From a virus, in IMG/VR virus record IMGVR_UViG_3300021440_000003, positions 8,402 through 72,401 of that record: 64,000 bases of DNA; one strand, given 5' to 3'. The notes beneath the pieces are model-generated. The model saw only the letters and a program-made list of their open reading frames with translations, was not told the origin of the DNA and ran no database searches. Numbering within the stretch: position 1 is the first letter of the stretch; each line of letters starts with the position of its first letter. Below, in pieces: positions 37,515 to 46,390 of this stretch. Position numbers and translations under genes: made by a program.

Positions 37515-38735
37515 TTAGACGACGGCCACACCCACGCGGTCGATGAAGACCAGTTGACGCAGGGTGGAGTCAGCATTGGATGCGTCGCGCAAGGCTGTGA
37601 AGCTCACGCTGGCCATCAAGTCCTGATCTTTGCCGCCAGCCACCACTTTGTGGGTGCTGATGTTGGCCACAGGAATCGTGAACACATAGCCGTTGCCGGA
37701 ACCGTCCACCGAGCTGAACACCAGCTCGGTGTTGGTGTTGTTCAGGAAACGGTCGAAGATCGAACCATCGGCGAAGTAGATCTCAGCTTGCAGCGTCAGG
37801 TTGATGTTGCCAGAGCCAAGGCCAACAGGACCCAAGCTGCACAAGGCGTTCTGCTCGCGCAGCGAGTTGTCGTAGGACATGCTGATGGATTTCACCAGGC
37901 TCAGGGGTGCGCCGTTTTCCCACAGCACGCAAGAGCTGCCAGACACACCAGAATGCACGTCGTACGTGTACGAAGGCGTAGCGGCGCTGGGCAGCAGAGT
38001 GGAGGTGCTGCGACCGACACCGGAGCCTTTGAAGTCGAACTTGATGCTGGACAAGCCGCCCTGCGACAAAGCCACATCCATCTTGGACGGGGTTTGGCCG
38101 GTGTACTTGAAGAACTGGCCCACATCGTTCAATTCTTTCTGGAAAGTGAACGAGGTCTGGGTGGTGCCGTTGGTCAAGCGGCTGGACTGGACGGCCACAC
38201 CGGCGACAGCAGTACCGGCCACAGCAGGGGTGTTGGCATCCAACGTGATGACGGTAGCGGTGGGAGCCGTGGTCTTGCTGACGCGCAGAATCTTGCCGTT
38301 GTTGGCGTTCGCACCAGCGGAGACGCGGAACCACTGACCCTTCTTCAAGCCGGTGAAGGCGCTGGAGCCTGTGGGGGCAGCCGAGGCAGTGATCGTAGTG
38401 GCAGTGAAGTCAGCCGTGAAGGTGGCACCCACACCGTTGGTACCATACACCGTGTATGCGCTTTGCAGGGCAGCAGACATCAAGCGGTCAAACTCGGCGT
38501 ATTGCAGCTCGCCGCCAATGCCCCCGGAGCTGGAGGCCGACACAGGGACCATAGAGCTTACGGAACGGTAGGCGTTGATCTCTTTGGACATCTCTTTGGA
38601 GATGCTGTAATCGAACGACTCGTCGAGCACGCGCAGGGCATAGACGGTGCCAGAAGCAGGCGTAACACCAAAGGTGGCTTCGGGGATGTACGATACGTTC
38701 AGGCGGGAAGAAGAAGCTAAGGTAGGCATGTTCAC
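37515..38735 (-). CDS. major tail tube protein
   Basis: E..FG.TP, S.EI...R, GELQY, SFT.QK...D motifs; strong codon bias; synteny. Confidence 0.85.
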   Translation of the reverse strand: MNMPTLASSSRLNVSYIPEATFGVTPASGTVYALRVLDESFDYSISKEMSKEINAYRSVSSMVPVSASSSGGIGGELQYAEFDRLMSAALQSAYTVYGTNGVGATFTADFTATTITASAAPTGSSAFTGLKKGQWFRVSAGANANNGKILRVSKTTAPTATVITLDANTPAVAGTAVAGVAVQSSRLTNGTTQTSFTFQKELNDVGQFFKYTGQTPSKMDVALSQGGLSSIKFDFKGSGVGRSTSTLLPSAATPSYTYDVHSGVSGSSCVLWENGAPLSLVKSISMSYDNSLREQNALCSLGPVGLGSGNINLTLQAEIYFADGSIFDRFLNNTNTELVFSSVDGSGNGYVFTIPVANISTHKVVAGGKDQDLMASVSFTALRDASNADSTLRQLVFIDRVGVAVV

Positions 38736-38854
38736 ACTCCAGGTTGGTGACCCGTAGTGTAAGGCGCTGACCTACCGTTGAATATCCGCGAACGCCGATA
38801 GTGCTCCGGCTGTCAGACGTTCCTGAGTGTTGTTGTCACAAAAGCACTGAACCG

Positions 38855-39343
38855 TCATTCACCATATACCTTTGGCCAGCCGAATGATATATTGTGCAGC
38901 CACACGGCACTGGCAGTTGGAGCGGCCATCACGGCAGCTTTGTGAATCTCGGCCACCTTGAAAATCTCACCATCGGATGTGGCTGCGGCGAGAAAGATCT
39001 GGTGTGCAAGTTCTGGGGTCATCTGTACAAAGCTACCATCCATTGTTTTCCACAGGATAGTGGTAGGCATGTTGGACCCCATCAGCATAAGACCAATATG
39101 CTGTGATCTGGACGTTAGGTCGCTGTGGAACCATTTACCATTGACTTGGTATCCACCTTCAAGAGTTCTACGGTCCCTCTCGGATTTTATGTCTTCCCAC
39201 CTCTTGGCTTTCAGCTTAGGAAGCTCAACTAAGTCAAGCACGTCGGTATCTTGCAGTGGTACACAACCTTCAGGTAGTAGATTCTCATTTTCGTTAGAAT
39301 CTATGAAGATAATCTCATTAGATGTGGTTCTATAGTATGGCAT
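38855..39343 (-). CDS. fibre-associated chaperone (DUF4376-like)
   Basis: IK.ERD.R..GG...G.WF.SD..S, WKT.D; low GC. Confidence 0.7.
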   Translation of the reverse strand: MPYYRTTSNEIIFIDSNENENLLPEGCVPLQDTDVLDLVELPKLKAKRWEDIKSERDRRTLEGGYQVNGKWFHSDLTSRSQHIGLMLMGSNMPTTILWKTMDGSFVQMTPELAHQIFLAAATSDGEIFKVAEIHKAAVMAAPTASAVWLHNISFGWPKVYGE

Positions 39344-40716
39344 TATGCTGTCCTAGCGTACCATGAATAACCGGCTGTTAACGAAGTTGGGGCTGTACTA
39401 CCTATACCATTAGGAGTCGATAGTGTAGACGCAACTTTATAAAGCTGAGATGGTGTCGTAGATTGTGTCATCAAAAAATACGTACCATTATATGCTATAG
39501 TTGATGGGGAGGATTCAGAATTAGTTGGTGTAGTAGTATGCACATTCCAAGTCACTCCATCAGCACTGTAGATTAGATTCCCTGGTACTTTCATCCAGAA
39601 ATACCCACTAGCAAATATAAGCCCACCTTGGTTAGCTTGGTATGTGAGTGTATATGGAAGTGTAGCTACATTAGACCAAGTGATACCATCGGTAGACCTA
39701 TATACGTTACCACCAGTATCTAGTATTAGGAAATATGAGCTTCCGAAAACGATACCCAACGCATACTTACCGTTCGAGAATACCTGAGTTGCGTTTGTAA
39801 ATGTGATACCGTCAGTACTTACGTATGAGTACCCATACCCACCGCTAAACCCAACAGTTGCAAATTTAGTACCGCTCCAACAAATATATGACGATTGGTT
39901 AAGGTTAGTAGCACCTGCTGACCATGTTATACCATCTGTACTATAGTACTGTGGCGCAGCATTACTATTACCAAGTACGAACCTAGTACCATTCCAGATA
40001 CCCTGCTGCATCCAGCCGTTATAGTATCCTCCTGGACCATTTGTGGTTCTAGTCGTCCATGTGGCTCCACCGTCTGCGCTGGTGTAAAATAAAGTAGTCG
40101 AGCCAGTAGACAATACTATTAAGCTACCGCTAGACATTAGAGTAGCATAAGCAATGGTTGCACCATTAACGCTGCGGGCAGTCCAAACTATACCATCTGA
40201 ACTGGTGTATACAGCTGGGTTAACATTAGGTACAAATGCAATCCATCGAGTGCCATCGTATATGATCTGCCCCCCAGACACCATACTGGAGGCATTTCCG
40301 AAGTTGACGTTAGACCCGTAAGAAACATACTTAGAGTTAAGTTGCTGCAAATTATGGTAATTAGCGTCGTAGGTTAGTGAAGTACCATTTAATACGGTGA
40401 ACTTACCGGTACCTAGTGTAAGTAGATTAGATGTGCTTGGATACACGATAGCATCGTTAATTGCTACTTCTACTAATGCACCACCAGACCCACCTGTGGC
40501 ACTCAAAGTACCTGCCGATAGGGTCAAGCCTGTACCTACCGAGATTTCTTCGATGGCACCAGTACCGGCAGTGGTTCGTCCAGCCAGCCGTGCAGCTTGC
40601 ATCGTCAGGCCGCTGGACCCGATAGCCCCGGCTACGGCTACGCCGGACACAGAATCGCCAGCGGGCAACTCTTGGAGTTGCCCGCTGACCAGTACCAGAG
40701 GCTTGCGGATTGCCAT
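39343..40716 (-). CDS. second fibre/adhesin with Asp-box (S/T-x-DG-x-TW) propeller repeats
   Basis: Conserved-type N-terminus RKPLVL..GQLQELP.GD; about six SxDGxxW repeats; AT-rich C-terminal part. Confidence 0.75.
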   Translation of the reverse strand: MAIRKPLVLVSGQLQELPAGDSVSGVAVAGAIGSSGLTMQAARLAGRTTAGTGAIEEISVGTGLTLSAGTLSATGGSGGALVEVAINDAIVYPSTSNLLTLGTGKFTVLNGTSLTYDANYHNLQQLNSKYVSYGSNVNFGNASSMVSGGQIIYDGTRWIAFVPNVNPAVYTSSDGIVWTARSVNGATIAYATLMSSGSLIVLSTGSTTLFYTSADGGATWTTRTTNGPGGYYNGWMQQGIWNGTRFVLGNSNAAPQYYSTDGITWSAGATNLNQSSYICWSGTKFATVGFSGGYGYSYVSTDGITFTNATQVFSNGKYALGIVFGSSYFLILDTGGNVYRSTDGITWSNVATLPYTLTYQANQGGLIFASGYFWMKVPGNLIYSADGVTWNVHTTTPTNSESSPSTIAYNGTYFLMTQSTTPSQLYKVASTLSTPNGIGSTAPTSLTAGYSWYARTA

Positions 40717-41318
40717 TACGCCAGAACTACGGGTGGGTCAGACTGAAAGTTGATGGCCGTCGCGCTAATGGCAAATCCAATGCGCTGCGCCACATTGCCA
40801 GCGCCTGACGGGGCGGTGGAGGTGGCTCCCCCGGCTGTGGTGTTCAGGTATACCACACCTGGGGTTGCACCAGACACAGCAGTGTTGGTACCCTCGAAGT
40901 ACACGGTGGCCTGTGCGCCAGAGGCCACCGCAGCCAGCACGAAGCCGTGGGCCTCTTTACCTGCGGTCGTGGCGTCGGCCTTGCGAACCTTCGCGCCAGC
41001 GGAGTTCCACACGTTCACGAAGTCTCCAGCGGCCAGTGCCTCGGATGCAGTGATAGATGCTGTATCGTCACCAAAACCGACAGGCATCATCGTCGCGTCG
41101 ATGCGCCCAGAGCCGTCGAGCGCCACCACCTTGCCGGAGCTGGGCGCACCAGTAGAGGAAGTCGTGCTGTTAACGATGGTGGTGTCGAGCACCCCGGATG
41201 CGTTCAGAGCGGGGACTTTGTTTGCGTCGGCCGCGCCAGCCGAGGTAGTCAGTGCGGCCTCCTCGGTAAGTACGCCCGATGCGTTCTTGAGGAATTTTTT
41301 GCTAGATGCGGTTCCCAT
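40716..41318 (-). CDS. virion fibre/decoration protein
   Basis: TSAGAADANKVPAL..G.LD repeats; ASEALAAGDFVN...RKADA...AHGFV. Confidence 0.65.
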   Translation of the reverse strand: MGTASSKKFLKNASGVLTEEAALTTSAGAADANKVPALNASGVLDTTIVNSTTSSTGAPSSGKVVALDGSGRIDATMMPVGFGDDTASITASEALAAGDFVNVWNSAGAKVRKADATTAGKEAHGFVLAAVASGAQATVYFEGTNTAVSGATPGVVYLNTTAGGATSTAPSGAGNVAQRIGFAISATAINFQSDPPVVLA

Positions 41319-41331
41319 TTCACAACCCCTT

Positions 41332-42132
41332 TCAGGTCAAAATCAATGGCATTTGAATGTCTACGATGATTGTAGACGGAGTTTTGGCACTTGCCACCAC
41401 AAGGGAGAAAGCAGCCGGTTGCACTGGGGGAATTTGGGTGAGCGTCCCGTTTGCACCAAGGAAAATTGGGAGGTTGACGTCCCAGTTCCAAGATGGCTCA
41501 CTGATCTCTCCAAGTCGAAGAACGGTAAGCAAGGTGCCTGCGAGTGCAGCCCCCGTGCTCATACCGGCGACCTTCGGTGCATGGTCGATCATTGTATTGT
41601 CGGCGTAGATGAACTGACCAAGGGCGTCGAACGTCACCATGCGGTGGCCGCCCACAGCCATACCGGCTGGCAGTGTGAAAGTTGGGGCAACCACCAAGGT
41701 GGTGTTGGACGGGCCAGTGGCTGTTTCGTCGTACCAAAAAGGAATCACCATGCCGATGCTCAACCACCCGTCCACGGGCTTCGACGGAGGCAGAGGCTTG
41801 GCACCCATCGTTCGGATGGGCGTCAGCATGTCCGTCATATGCAAGGCGGGGTAGAAGTGGTCGAGGATCTCGTTGGCGGCTCGGGTACCCTTACCGACCT
41901 TCACCATTCCCTCCAGGAGAATGTTGCCCATCATTCGGTGGATGGGGTTCGCCGACAAGTCCACCTGCCAACCGTCCCGGAACTGGGTGCTCACGCGCAA
42001 AAATGCGTTGGACTGTGCCCCAAGGTTCAACAGCAGGTTGTCATACTCGACGCCCAGCGCGGCACCAGACCAGCTCGTCCTGCGAGCTTCCACAGCGGTG
42101 CGGATAGCGGTGCGTATGGCTTCTGTGCTCAT
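41332..42132 (-). CDS. tail terminator-like protein fused to a C-terminal decoration-type domain
   Basis: N-terminal ~135 aa at the terminator position (EYDN, GKGT, IPFWYD); C-terminal GGHRMV...YADN...IFLGANG.LTQ.PP domain. Confidence 0.65.
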   Translation of the reverse strand: MSTEAIRTAIRTAVEARRTSWSGAALGVEYDNLLLNLGAQSNAFLRVSTQFRDGWQVDLSANPIHRMMGNILLEGMVKVGKGTRAANEILDHFYPALHMTDMLTPIRTMGAKPLPPSKPVDGWLSIGMVIPFWYDETATGPSNTTLVVAPTFTLPAGMAVGGHRMVTFDALGQFIYADNTMIDHAPKVAGMSTGAALAGTLLTVLRLGEISEPSWNWDVNLPIFLGANGTLTQIPPVQPAAFSLVVASAKTPSTIIVDIQMPLILT

Positions 42133-42137
42133 TTGGT

Positions 42138-42656
42138 TTAGGAAGAACGTGTCACGATATTGTACCCGGACAGACCGTACTTGAGTTTGATGTATTCCCC
42201 CATCATCACCTCCCCGGATGGGCCAAGGTTGACCTCCCGGATGTCGCGCCCATCGGGGCCTACACCGGCCTGCACAGCAGCCGCGTACGGGGTGCGGTTG
42301 ACGAAGGTGACCTTCTGGTTCCAGCGCAGGGTGTCCAACTTTGGCATCTCGCGTACCAAGGTGGCCGTGACGGCTGGGTCATTGCCCATCTTCTGCACAC
42401 CCTTGTTGGCTTCCCCCGGGCCAGCCCACGTGGTGCTGTAGGCGGGAATCTCGCGGTAGGACGGGTTACGACCGTCGCCGATCTTGATGAACCAGTTAGA
42501 TGTCAAGTTGCCGGACCACTGCGGGGTGACCTGAACCAGGTCTGCGAACATCTCGGCCACCGCACCCCGGTACTCGGCCGTCACCCTGCCCTCAAGACGA
42601 GCCTGCACCAGCTTGGCATCGCTCAGGAGAGCATGGGCGCTGGCCATGGAGATCAT
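42138..42656 (-). CDS. tail completion/neck protein (HK97 gp10-like)
   Basis: TPQWSGN..SNW and N.TPYA motifs. Confidence 0.7.
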   Translation of the reverse strand: MISMASAHALLSDAKLVQARLEGRVTAEYRGAVAEMFADLVQVTPQWSGNLTSNWFIKIGDGRNPSYREIPAYSTTWAGPGEANKGVQKMGNDPAVTATLVREMPKLDTLRWNQKVTFVNRTPYAAAVQAGVGPDGRDIREVNLGPSGEVMMGEYIKLKYGLSGYNIVTRSS

Positions 42657-43483
42657 GCAAGCCTCACCAAGCACTTCCAGGAGTCAGCCTCTGCTGTCAC
42701 CGAGAAGATCTGATACATGGTCCCAGCGACTTCCACCTGACGGCCGACTTCAGGAGATGCGGCGCTGGACGCTACCACCAGAATGTGGTCACCAGCTTGC
42801 ACAAGTGGGTCTGCCTGTGTGCGGTACTCGTAGAGCTTGTAGGCTTCCAAGAGCAAGCCTGTGGTCGCTACCGTGGCCCCGGAGTACGACTCGCTGATGG
42901 GGTCAAAGGTGGACGCCTGGAACAGCACGGGCACCGTGGCGGCGTCCAGCTGGTCGGCTTCGCTGACCCGGTAGCCGTTGAGCAAGTCGTAGGTGTTTCG
43001 GACACGGTAGGTGGCCGTACCGCCCACCAGATACCCGCCCTTGGTCACCGTCTCCGTGGTGGACGTGTAGATGTTCCAGAACGTGTCGTATTGGGCTTCA
43101 GTCGGGCTGTTGACCGTGGACTTCAGGTATTCCTTCTGGGCGTACGCTGTGACGCCTCCAAGGCCCAGAGCAGCCTGCCCTGGCGTGCGCAGCACCAAGG
43201 TGTCCGTGATCTTGCGCATCGCGTATGACGTGCGTACGGCCTGCCCTTGGATGCCATCTCGCACGCCGTCCCCTACCAGCCACAGCTCTCCCAGGTAACT
43301 GATGATGCGGCGGGGTGGGATGACAAGATCAGTGGCAAGCGACAGGACCCGTCGCTGGGAGATGGTGCCATCCACTTGGGAGTCGATGAACGAACTCACT
43401 TGTCCATCGTACAGGTACGTGTTCACGTACCCATCGTAGATGGGGATGTCATCAAACCATCGGCTGTAGACATTGAGGTCCAT
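42653..43483 (-). CDS. head closure / neck protein
   Basis: Synteny; FDPI..., C-terminal W.C.VR. Confidence 0.55.
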   Translation of the reverse strand: MDLNVYSRWFDDIPIYDGYVNTYLYDGQVSSFIDSQVDGTISQRRVLSLATDLVIPPRRIISYLGELWLVGDGVRDGIQGQAVRTSYAMRKITDTLVLRTPGQAALGLGGVTAYAQKEYLKSTVNSPTEAQYDTFWNIYTSTTETVTKGGYLVGGTATYRVRNTYDLLNGYRVSEADQLDAATVPVLFQASTFDPISESYSGATVATTGLLLEAYKLYEYRTQADPLVQAGDHILVVASSAASPEVGRQVEVAGTMYQIFSVTAEADSWKCLVRLA

Positions 43484-43989
43484 CAGGTGGTCACCGGGTC
43501 TTTGTTGAGGCCGGTCGCCGTGAAGTAGACACGGGTGTGGCCAGTGGCGCCGCTGCTCACCACCCCGCCGATCACCGTGTAGGCTGTCAGCAAGCGGCGG
43601 CGTAGGGTAGACAGCATCAAGGGGACGCTTTCCTTCACATCCGCGAAGGGGTCGGCAATTCGTTCGGCTTCCGCCCGCCCGTCGGTCACGCGCTTAACCG
43701 CGAAGTACGGCAGCGAGGTGAGCAAGGTGTTGCTTACGCTATACGCACTATATACCTGTGCCAGCTCGAAGTACCTCTGCTGGTCAGCTGTCCGTGAACC
43801 TTGGGGAGTGCCAGAAACGGTGGCATACAGGCTGCGAATGCCTGAGCCTGCCGTACTGTCCAGAGAGTCCAAGTCAATCAGCAGGAGCCGCTCGTACAAG
43901 GCCAAGGCAAGCGTCTCGTCCTTGATGTCCTTGTTGGAGACACCAAGAACAGCACGAATCTCGTCGTAGGAAGTGTAGTCGGTCAGCAA
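43483..43989 (-). CDS. head-tail adaptor protein
   Basis: YT..DEIRA.LGV; GGAG RBS with TTG start; synteny. Confidence 0.6.
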   Translation of the reverse strand: MLTDYTSYDEIRAVLGVSNKDIKDETLALALYERLLLIDLDSLDSTAGSGIRSLYATVSGTPQGSRTADQQRYFELAQVYSAYSVSNTLLTSLPYFAVKRVTDGRAEAERIADPFADVKESVPLMLSTLRRRLLTAYTVIGGVVSSGATGHTRVYFTATGLNKDPVTT

Positions 43990-44089
43990 AATGAACTCTC
44001 CAAGTCAGCCCGAGTATTGTGACAGGGTGGGAGCCTTGGGATGTGACAAGGTGGTGCTTGGTGTGCGTTTGGTGTATGCTTCGGCCCCT

Positions 44090-44425
44090 ATGAAAACAAA
44101 TTTTGGGTTCGATGGTCGCATGTTTCTCACCGAAGCGGAGCACTCCACCTATCTCCGACGGATGCCAGTGCGCTACGTCAAGCACAAGAAATCGCTGCTA
44201 TGTTGCGTGTGCGGAAAGCCGGGGACCAAGGAATCTCCGATTGAAAACGCCCACAAGATCGGGTTCAGGGATGGCATCGTCCGGTATTGGCTGACACCTG
44301 ACTACCTGGACAGGGAGGAGAACATCGCGTCCGCACACCGTGGGGCCTGCAACTCCGCTGTGGAGTGGACGCATGAGCAGGTACAAGAATTTCTGGGCAA
44401 AGAAAACCCCGCCGAGGCGGGGTGA
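44090..44425 (+). CDS. HNH-type endonuclease, antisense within the head operon
   Basis: CCVCG...AH....N....H..CN; TATGCT -10-like box just upstream. Confidence 0.6.
   Translation: MKTNFGFDGRMFLTEAEHSTYLRRMPVRYVKHKKSLLCCVCGKPGTKESPIENAHKIGFRDGIVRYWLTPDYLDREENIASAHRGACNSAVEWTHEQVQEFLGKENPAEAG
44403..44423 (-). terminator. terminator after the capsid operon segment
   Basis: ACCCCGCC-tc-GGCGGGGT then TTTC on the - strand. Confidence 0.6.
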
Positions 44426-44427
44426 TC

Positions 44428-44643
44428 TTATTTGGCCTTGGCCTTGGGCAATGGCTCCCGCATAGGCTCTACATCGACTGTGGGGTCGGGAATCTCCACG
44501 ATCGCAGGTTGAGACAAGATGGACACCGTGGGAGTAGCTTTGGTGGCCACCCCAGGCTGCAAGTACACACCGGCTTCGTGATCGAAGAAGGGGTAGCTTG
44601 CGGTCAGTCGGAACCATTTTCCTTTAGGGTCATGAATTTGCAT
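44428..44643 (-). CDS. small protein downstream of the capsid gene
   Basis: 71-aa ORF with Lys-rich tail; typical post-capsid position. Confidence 0.6.
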   Translation of the reverse strand: MQIHDPKGKWFRLTASYPFFDHEAGVYLQPGVATKATPTVSILSQPAIVEIPDPTVDVEPMREPLPKAKAK

Positions 44644-44678
44644 GTGTCAGAGGGCCGGGTTTCCCCGGCCCACTCCTA

Positions 44679-45881
44679 TCAGGCAATAGTCAGGATGTCA
44701 AACCCGCGCAGTTCACTGTTACCCATCGTGCGGTAGCACAGTTCGCTCCAATCATAGCGCAGTGCTGTGCTTCGAGCCATAACGAAGTTCTCTGAGGCCG
44801 CATAATTTGCAGCTGCGTTCGTCACCTTGGTGATGGCAGAGCGGCTGTCCAGAGCCCACACTTGACCTTCGGGCACGGGGCCACCAGCGGCGTAGTCGTC
44901 CACGATGAACCACTTGACATCGTTGCCGAAGCCAGCGTTCACAGCAGATGCCTGCGGGTCGATACGAGCCAGAGTGGGGTCGTAGTTGTTGGTGCCGGGG
45001 CGACCAGTACGACCTTCAACTTGCAGGTAGGTGCCCACGGTGCCGATCACGAAGTCAACCTTGCGGTACTTGCGATTGCGAGCCAGGAACTTCACCCAAG
45101 CCTTGTGGGTCAGCACGCCACCGGTGGCAGCAGCATCCAAGGATGTGGAAGTCACGGCAGACACAGCGCCAGTGTTCAGGTCGTTGTCGCCCAGGAACAA
45201 GGAGCTCAGGTAGTCATACACGCGGCTGTCCTTCTCGACTTCCATGAAGCGAGCGGTCATCAGGGCCACCATGTCCAAGGTGCTGGCACGCAGGGCCTGG
45301 TCGGAGAACTCCATACCGATCGACCACACGGGCAGACGGCGGATACGGTCAGCGGTGCTGAACTTCAGGACCGTGGCGGGCGTGGCGTTTTGGGCGATAC
45401 GCTGTGCACGGGCTTGCTCGGGACCGCCAGCAGTGCCGTAGTTGATGACGGGCTGCTCGAAGTTCTCGTTGGTCACAGAGATGTTCTGGCCAACCATCTG
45501 GTCGAACACCACGGTGTCAGTCACGCGGTCCTTGGCAAGCTGGGACTCGATGGCGGCCAGCAAGGCGGGCGGGAACAGCGTACGGGAGGCGGAGCCGAAG
45601 GGGGTGCCGGAGTCCGTGGTGTTGATACCAGCAGAAGCCTTGCCGCTCAGGATCTCGTCGATGGTGGAAGCACGCAGGCCGAAGGGGTTTTTGCCGGGGA
45701 GGGCAAGACCTTCAGAAGCGCACAGCTGCTGGAACGCGGTACCGATTTTGAGGTCGGCGTTGGCGTGTTCACGGTTCAGGAAGTGCTCAACGCTGAGGTT
45801 GGCTTCCAGAGCTTTTTTGTGGACTTCCGGTCCGACAGCAACTTGCTGGGTGTTGCCGGAAGCGTCGATGTAGGCTGCCAT
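44679..45881 (-). CDS. major capsid protein
   Basis: 400 aa; GAGGAG RBS; strong codon bias; follows protease and decoration genes; GC hairpin 44652-44671 downstream. Confidence 0.85.
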   Translation of the reverse strand: MAAYIDASGNTQQVAVGPEVHKKALEANLSVEHFLNREHANADLKIGTAFQQLCASEGLALPGKNPFGLRASTIDEILSGKASAGINTTDSGTPFGSASRTLFPPALLAAIESQLAKDRVTDTVVFDQMVGQNISVTNENFEQPVINYGTAGGPEQARAQRIAQNATPATVLKFSTADRIRRLPVWSIGMEFSDQALRASTLDMVALMTARFMEVEKDSRVYDYLSSLFLGDNDLNTGAVSAVTSTSLDAAATGGVLTHKAWVKFLARNRKYRKVDFVIGTVGTYLQVEGRTGRPGTNNYDPTLARIDPQASAVNAGFGNDVKWFIVDDYAAGGPVPEGQVWALDSRSAITKVTNAAANYAASENFVMARSTALRYDWSELCYRTMGNSELRGFDILTIA

Positions 45882-45901
45882 TTCGTATTACTCCTCAGAA
45901 A

Positions 45902-46378
45902 TTAAAGACGTTCGATCACGACGGTGGTGCCAACAGCACCAGTACCGACGGTACCCAGGGACACAACGCGCCACATGAAACGGATGCCAGTTTGGGAAGT
46001 GGCCTTCACGACTTTGGGGAAGTCGGTCAGATCGGTACCCTTGGCAGTCACGGTGCCAGCCACAACGTAGTCGCCAACAGCGAGAACGCCAGTGCCAGGG
46101 GTGGCTTGCAGGCCATCAGCGCGAGCATAGATGCGACCTTCGGTCACGATGCCGCCGATGGAATAGCCGTTTTGCGTGGCGGACTCGACGGAAGACACGA
46201 CGCCTTCAATCTCGTCACCAACGGCGCACAGGTTGTAGCGGGACTCGCCCACCAACTTCACCAGCTTGCCTTCGTCAACGTCAGCGAAACGATCGCCAAC
46301 TGCATTTCCAGCACCGAGACGAACGGTGGTGGACTCCTCCGAGGGAGCGGTAGGAACAATGTAATGATCGCGTGCCAT
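45902..46378 (-). CDS. head decoration/cement protein
   Basis: Gly/Val-rich beta protein between protease and capsid; AGGAG RBS. Confidence 0.7.
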   Translation of the reverse strand: MARDHYIVPTAPSEESTTVRLGAGNAVGDRFADVDEGKLVKLVGESRYNLCAVGDEIEGVVSSVESATQNGYSIGGIVTEGRIYARADGLQATPGTGVLAVGDYVVAGTVTAKGTDLTDFPKVVKATSQTGIRFMWRVVSLGTVGTGAVGTTVVIERL

Positions 46379-46390
46379 GAAAAATACTCC

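Noticed and set aside
26380-40716. Diversity-generating retroelement or invertible fibre cassette
   Set aside because: No reverse transcriptase, template/variable repeat pair or dedicated invertase was seen; the only serine recombinase belongs to IS607.
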